From Nitrospinaceae bacterium (GTDB taxonomy: Bacteria > Nitrospinota > Nitrospinia > Nitrospinales > VA-1): DNA of 42,287 nucleotides. Under the pieces are notes generated by a model. That model worked only from the letters and a program-made list of their open reading frames with translations, made no database searches and was not told the origin of the DNA. The stretch spans positions 1 through 42,287 of the forward strand of contig JAPYPK010000001.1 in assembly GCA_029937655.1 (NCBI GenBank), in the 5' to 3' direction. Below, piece by piece: positions 39,054 through 42,287 of this stretch (position 1 is the first letter of the stretch; every line of letters starts with the position of its first letter). A program made the position numbers and the translations under genes.

Positions 39054-39479
39054 ATGTTTTTTGCCAAACTACACCCCCTGCTAGTTCATTTTCCAATTGG
39101 TCTTTTGGTGACCGGGACTTTATTTGAACTGTATGGAAATTTTAGAGGAGAAAAAATTGTAGCTAAAGCGGGTTCATTTAACATAAAGTTTGGCTTCTGG
39201 TGCTCGATTCCTGTTGCAGTAATCGGATTCTTTGGCTTGATGAGTCTTGAATTAAAGGATGAATTTAAACCGTTTGTTGCGAAACACCTGCTTTTCACTT
39301 TTTCGACTATAATTATATTTTTTTGCGTGATTTTGCTGTCCAGGTTTAGATATAAAACATGGTGTAATGTGCTCCACCACTTTTTGTTGATGGTAGGATT
39401 ATTCACTGTTTTGAATGCGGGTTTCTACGGTGGGGAATTAGTACACAGATTTAATCTTCCTGCTGGAATAGGAAACTAA
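39054..39479 (+). CDS. DUF2231 family membrane protein
   Basis: LHPLLVHFPIGLL N-terminal motif, four hydrophobic segments, C-terminal YGGELVH. Confidence 0.65.
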   Translation: MFFAKLHPLLVHFPIGLLVTGTLFELYGNFRGEKIVAKAGSFNIKFGFWCSIPVAVIGFFGLMSLELKDEFKPFVAKHLLFTFSTIIIFFCVILLSRFRYKTWCNVLHHFLLMVGLFTVLNAGFYGGELVHRFNLPAGIGN

Positions 39480-39498
39480 AAAAGATATTAGTAAGCTT

Positions 39499-39882
39499 TT
39501 ATGAAAATACTAACTGGTATCCAGAATATACACACGCCAACATACCTAAGGTGCACATAATATAAATAAATAAAGCGGTTTTTGAAAAAGGTTGGGTATA
39601 AGACCATCCAACAGCGAATCCAAACAACACGGTCACAAGAAAAGAATAGCCCTGATGGGATAAGATTGTTACCGTATTCCAAGAATGTATATCCACAGAG
39701 ATCATTCCAGAAAAATCGGCCATCAGGGCGGCGATAAATCCCATACTTAGGTTGAAAGAGGCAACACCTATATTATTACTTTCTCTCTTTCTATGGGCTA
39801 GTAATAAAAGTAATAGCCCAGAAAATAATAATGCTATTGGAAGGCTTGATATGAAGGGATGGAATGAGACAGAACTTATCAC
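39499..39882 (-). CDS. Divergent DUF2231-like membrane protein
   Basis: FHPFISSLPIALLF N-terminus and C-terminal SGYQLVF, with the same four-segment layout as the neighbouring gene. It sits 39 nt downstream of the tatB-like gene. Confidence 0.5.
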   Translation of the reverse strand: MISSVSFHPFISSLPIALLFSGLLLLLLAHRKRESNNIGVASFNLSMGFIAALMADFSGMISVDIHSWNTVTILSHQGYSFLVTVLFGFAVGWSYTQPFSKTALFIYIMCTLGMLACVYSGYQLVFS

Positions 39883-39921
39883 TAAGCATGCAGACCTTAA
39901 TAGGCCGTCTTAAATAAAAGT

Positions 39922-40221
39922 TTAGGATTTTTCTTGCTCCGATGACTTAGGGTCGTAGTTGATATCATTCATACTTAGATTAACGTCAACGTCAACTTTG
40001 GTGGCAGCTCCAATATCTTGCTCTAATTTATCGATGTCGGTTGATTGTCTTAAACCCTCAGCTTCGTCCATCACATCTTTTTTAAGGTCATTGAAGGTGC
40101 TCTGAAACTCACCCCAGCCTTTTCCAATGGATTTAGCGAGGCGGGGAAGGTTTTGCGGTCCGATAACGACCACCGCAATACCCATAATAATTAGCAACTC
40201 AAAAAATCCGATATCAAACAT
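39922..40221 (-). CDS. tatB: Twin-arginine translocase TatA/B-family subunit (TatB-like N-terminus)
   Basis: MFDIGFFELLIIMGIAVVVIGPQNLPRLAKSIG matches the TatB-type MFDIGF.ELL...LGPQRLP pattern. An amphipathic helix and an acidic tail follow. Confidence 0.75.
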   Translation of the reverse strand: MFDIGFFELLIIMGIAVVVIGPQNLPRLAKSIGKGWGEFQSTFNDLKKDVMDEAEGLRQSTDIDKLEQDIGAATKVDVDVNLSMNDINYDPKSSEQEKS

Positions 40222-40341
40222 AGGGAACTCCGTTGTTTATTGGGAAACAAAAGTGTAGCAAACTATTCTTTGAATTTCTACCCGTACTAGACTGGGAGTC
40301 TAAAGCTTCATTTTAAAAAGATTTTAAGAGTAAAACTGGAA

Positions 40342-41271
40342 ATGAAAATAATTCGTGGCACAAAAAATATTTCGGATCTAATTCCTTATCCGGTTGTTGC
40401 CATAGGGAATTTTGATGGTGTGCATGTGGGTCATCAAATTCTTTTCAGAAAAACAGCACAGTTAGCCAAGGAAAATGGAGGAACTGCTATCGCATTCACT
40501 TTTGAGCCACACCCGCTTAAGATTCTTGCTCCGGAAAAGGTGCCCCCACTTTTAACAACGTTTCGAAAAAAGATGGAGTTGATTGAAGAATGCGGTATTG
40601 ATCTGGTTGTCTGCGCCGACTTTACACGCCAGTTTTCTGATCAGCACCCGAGAGAATTTGCCCATGATATTTTGGTTAAGCGTATTGAGGTCAGGGAGGT
40701 AGTAGTTGGGTTTGATTATGCTTTTGGAAGAGGGAGAGAAGGAACGGTTCGTTATCTAAAGCAAATGGGCGAAGAGTATGGGTTTCATACGCACATTATT
40801 GACCCGGTCAAGCTTAATGGGCACCTTGTCAGCAGTTCTTACGTTCGGGAGCTTGTAGAAGATGGAAAGGTGGAAGCAGCAGGTGAGTTTTTAGGTCGTC
40901 ATTACTCCATTCCTGGTCCTGTTATAGAAGGTTATAAGACGGGTCAGAAAATTGGATTTCCAACAGCTAACTTAGATACCAGTCGAGTGCAAATACCAGG
41001 GATCGGGGTGTATGCGGTTTCTATTAAACATCAAGATGTAAAATACAATGGTGTGGTAAATGTTGGATTTAATCCCACCTTTAATCGTGATACCTTGAGT
41101 GTCGAAGCGCATATTTTTGATTTTGAGGGGGAAATATACGGCCAAGAAATTGAGGTTACTTTTATTCGTCGGATACGAAGTGAAGTGAAGTTCAAATCAG
41201 CAGACCAATTGGTCGAACAGATTAAAAAAGATATTCACGCTGCAAAAATAATTCTAGCGGACCTACCTTGA
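40342..41271 (+). CDS. ribF: Bifunctional riboflavin kinase / FAD synthetase
   Basis: Contains VVAIGNFDGVHVGHQ, FTFEPHP, GFPTANL and EAHIFDFEGEIYG. 309 aa. Confidence 0.95.
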   Translation: MKIIRGTKNISDLIPYPVVAIGNFDGVHVGHQILFRKTAQLAKENGGTAIAFTFEPHPLKILAPEKVPPLLTTFRKKMELIEECGIDLVVCADFTRQFSDQHPREFAHDILVKRIEVREVVVGFDYAFGRGREGTVRYLKQMGEEYGFHTHIIDPVKLNGHLVSSSYVRELVEDGKVEAAGEFLGRHYSIPGPVIEGYKTGQKIGFPTANLDTSRVQIPGIGVYAVSIKHQDVKYNGVVNVGFNPTFNRDTLSVEAHIFDFEGEIYGQEIEVTFIRRIRSEVKFKSADQLVEQIKKDIHAAKIILADLP

Positions 41272-42287
41272 AACAATATCGACAACTTATTTTTGGACTG
41301 GTCATAGCATTGATTGCGCTTTATTACACATTGCGCAATGTGTCTTTCAGTGAAGTGATCTCTTCATTCAAGGAGATGGACTACATTTATATTCTTCCTG
41401 CCATCGTACTAATTTTATTGGGTTATGTTTTTCGAGCTTACCGTTGGCAGGCGCTTTTAGAGTCTTCTTTAAAAGTAAATGTTGGCGGATTATATTCGCC
41501 AATGATGGTTGGGTTTATGGGGAATTTTTTACCGGCACGTGCTGCCGAAATACTACGCCCTTATCTTCTTTCCAAAAAATATGACATTACCTTTGCTGCT
41601 GCACTCGCCTCCATCGTTGTGGAACGACTGTTCGATATGATAATTCTTTTGCTTATTTTTATATGGGTTTTTTGGTTTGAGGCGGATGCATTTTCATCAA
41701 ATATCGAATTTTCAGGGTTTTCGGTACAAGAAATGGCAATCAAGTTTGGTCAAATTTGTGTATTGGGGGTAATTGCACTCATTGTCTTTATATATTTACT
41801 GTTAAACCACAAAAAAAAGGTAATGAAACTAGTTGGCTGGTTTTTAGGTTTAATGAATGAAAAATGGGCGGATAAAATTAAGCACCTTCTTGATGAATTT
41901 ACTATGGGCTGTGAGGTTGTCAAAGAATTTGGAACCTTAACAAAAATCAGCGTGTATTCGGTTCTTGTTTGGGTCACGAATATTTTTTGGGTATATCCGC
42001 TTTATTTTGCATTTGATTTGCAATATAAGACGATTTCTTCACTTCTTATTCTTGGAGTTATAGTAGCGATTCTAATTTCCATTCTTCCTACTCCTGGATT
42101 TTTAGGGTCATATAATGCAGGAATTGTGATTGCTTTACATGAGATTATGGGTGAATCTGAAATTAAATCTGTCAGTCTAGGAATGGTTGGATGGGTCTTG
42201 TTTGCTGGGGCAATCCTTGCAGGAGGGCTTTACTTTATATTTCATGAGCACATGTCGCTAAAGGACTTAACTAGCGTCAAAAGGGAA
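41268..42287 (+). CDS. UPF0104 / lysylphosphatidylglycerol-synthase-TM-like (flippase-like) membrane protein, 3'-truncated
   Basis: Not in the supplied track. My hand translation from TTG 41268 (overlapping the ribF stop as TTGA) runs 340 codons to the window end with no stop. It contains FRAYRWQALL, FMGNFLPARAAEILRPYLL and VERLFD. Confidence 0.7.
   Translation, partial: MKQYRQLIFGLVIALIALYYTLRNVSFSEVISSFKEMDYIYILPAIVLILLGYVFRAYRWQALLESSLKVNVGGLYSPMMVGFMGNFLPARAAEILRPYLLSKKYDITFAAALASIVVERLFDMIILLLIFIWVFWFEADAFSSNIEFSGFSVQEMAIKFGQICVLGVIALIVFIYLLLNHKKKVMKLVGWFLGLMNEKWADKIKHLLDEFTMGCEVVKEFGTLTKISVYSVLVWVTNIFWVYPLYFAFDLQYKTISSLLILGVIVAILISILPTPGFLGSYNAGIVIALHEIMGESEIKSVSLGMVGWVLFAGAILAGGLYFIFHEHMSLKDLTSVKRE

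Overview
AT-rich, gene-dense bacterial chromosomal window, mostly core housekeeping. I saw no CRISPR array, transposase, integrase or phage genes.

Gene order, left to right:
- 5'-truncated DUF389 membrane protein, MOSC protein, YjbQ, a Glu/Leu/Phe/Val-type dehydrogenase, PurM, an SNF-family Na+ symporter and UvrC.
- An exported hypothetical, a DegT-type aminotransferase, orphan MlaC-like and TatT/TPR-like periplasmic proteins, and RecN.
- A minus-strand thiS-thiG-thiE-thiC operon behind a textbook TPP riboswitch.
- A plus-strand run of TPR lipoprotein, single-domain alpha/alpha-toroid protein (prenyltransferase/squalene-cyclase repeats), LicC-like nucleotidyltransferase and REG-2-like HAD hydrolase, converging on a GT-C-like polytopic membrane protein.
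- A 740-aa DUF721(DciA-like)-TPR fusion, then lolB-like, ispE, tRNA-Gln(UUG), prs, ctc/L25, pth, a membrane pyrophosphatase with a strong terminator, and mqnA.
- Minus-strand hisI-hisG plus a tandem-repeat membrane protein.
- An RNI-type LRR protein, yqgE/algH, and RluA-family, dus and TrmH-family genes.
- Two convergent DUF2231-type membrane proteins, a tatB-like gene, ribF, and a 3'-truncated UPF0104-like ORF that is absent from the supplied ORF track.

The lolB-ispE-tRNA-Gln-prs-ctc-pth synteny, futalosine mqnA and many TPR proteins recall Nitrospinota/deltaproteobacteria-like lineages. No taxon can be assigned without a search.

I found no unambiguous, self-contained novel system. The best candidates for something undescribed are:
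1. The DUF721/DciA-like domain fused in frame to a lipoprotein-like TPR protein at the head of the lolB block.
2. The toroid / LicC-like / HAD / GT-C neighbourhood.
3. The repeat protein appended to hisI-hisG.

Smaller oddities are a pth with no canonical start and an altered HNG motif, a ThiS ending GGGL, and a Na+-type signature in the pyrophosphatase.
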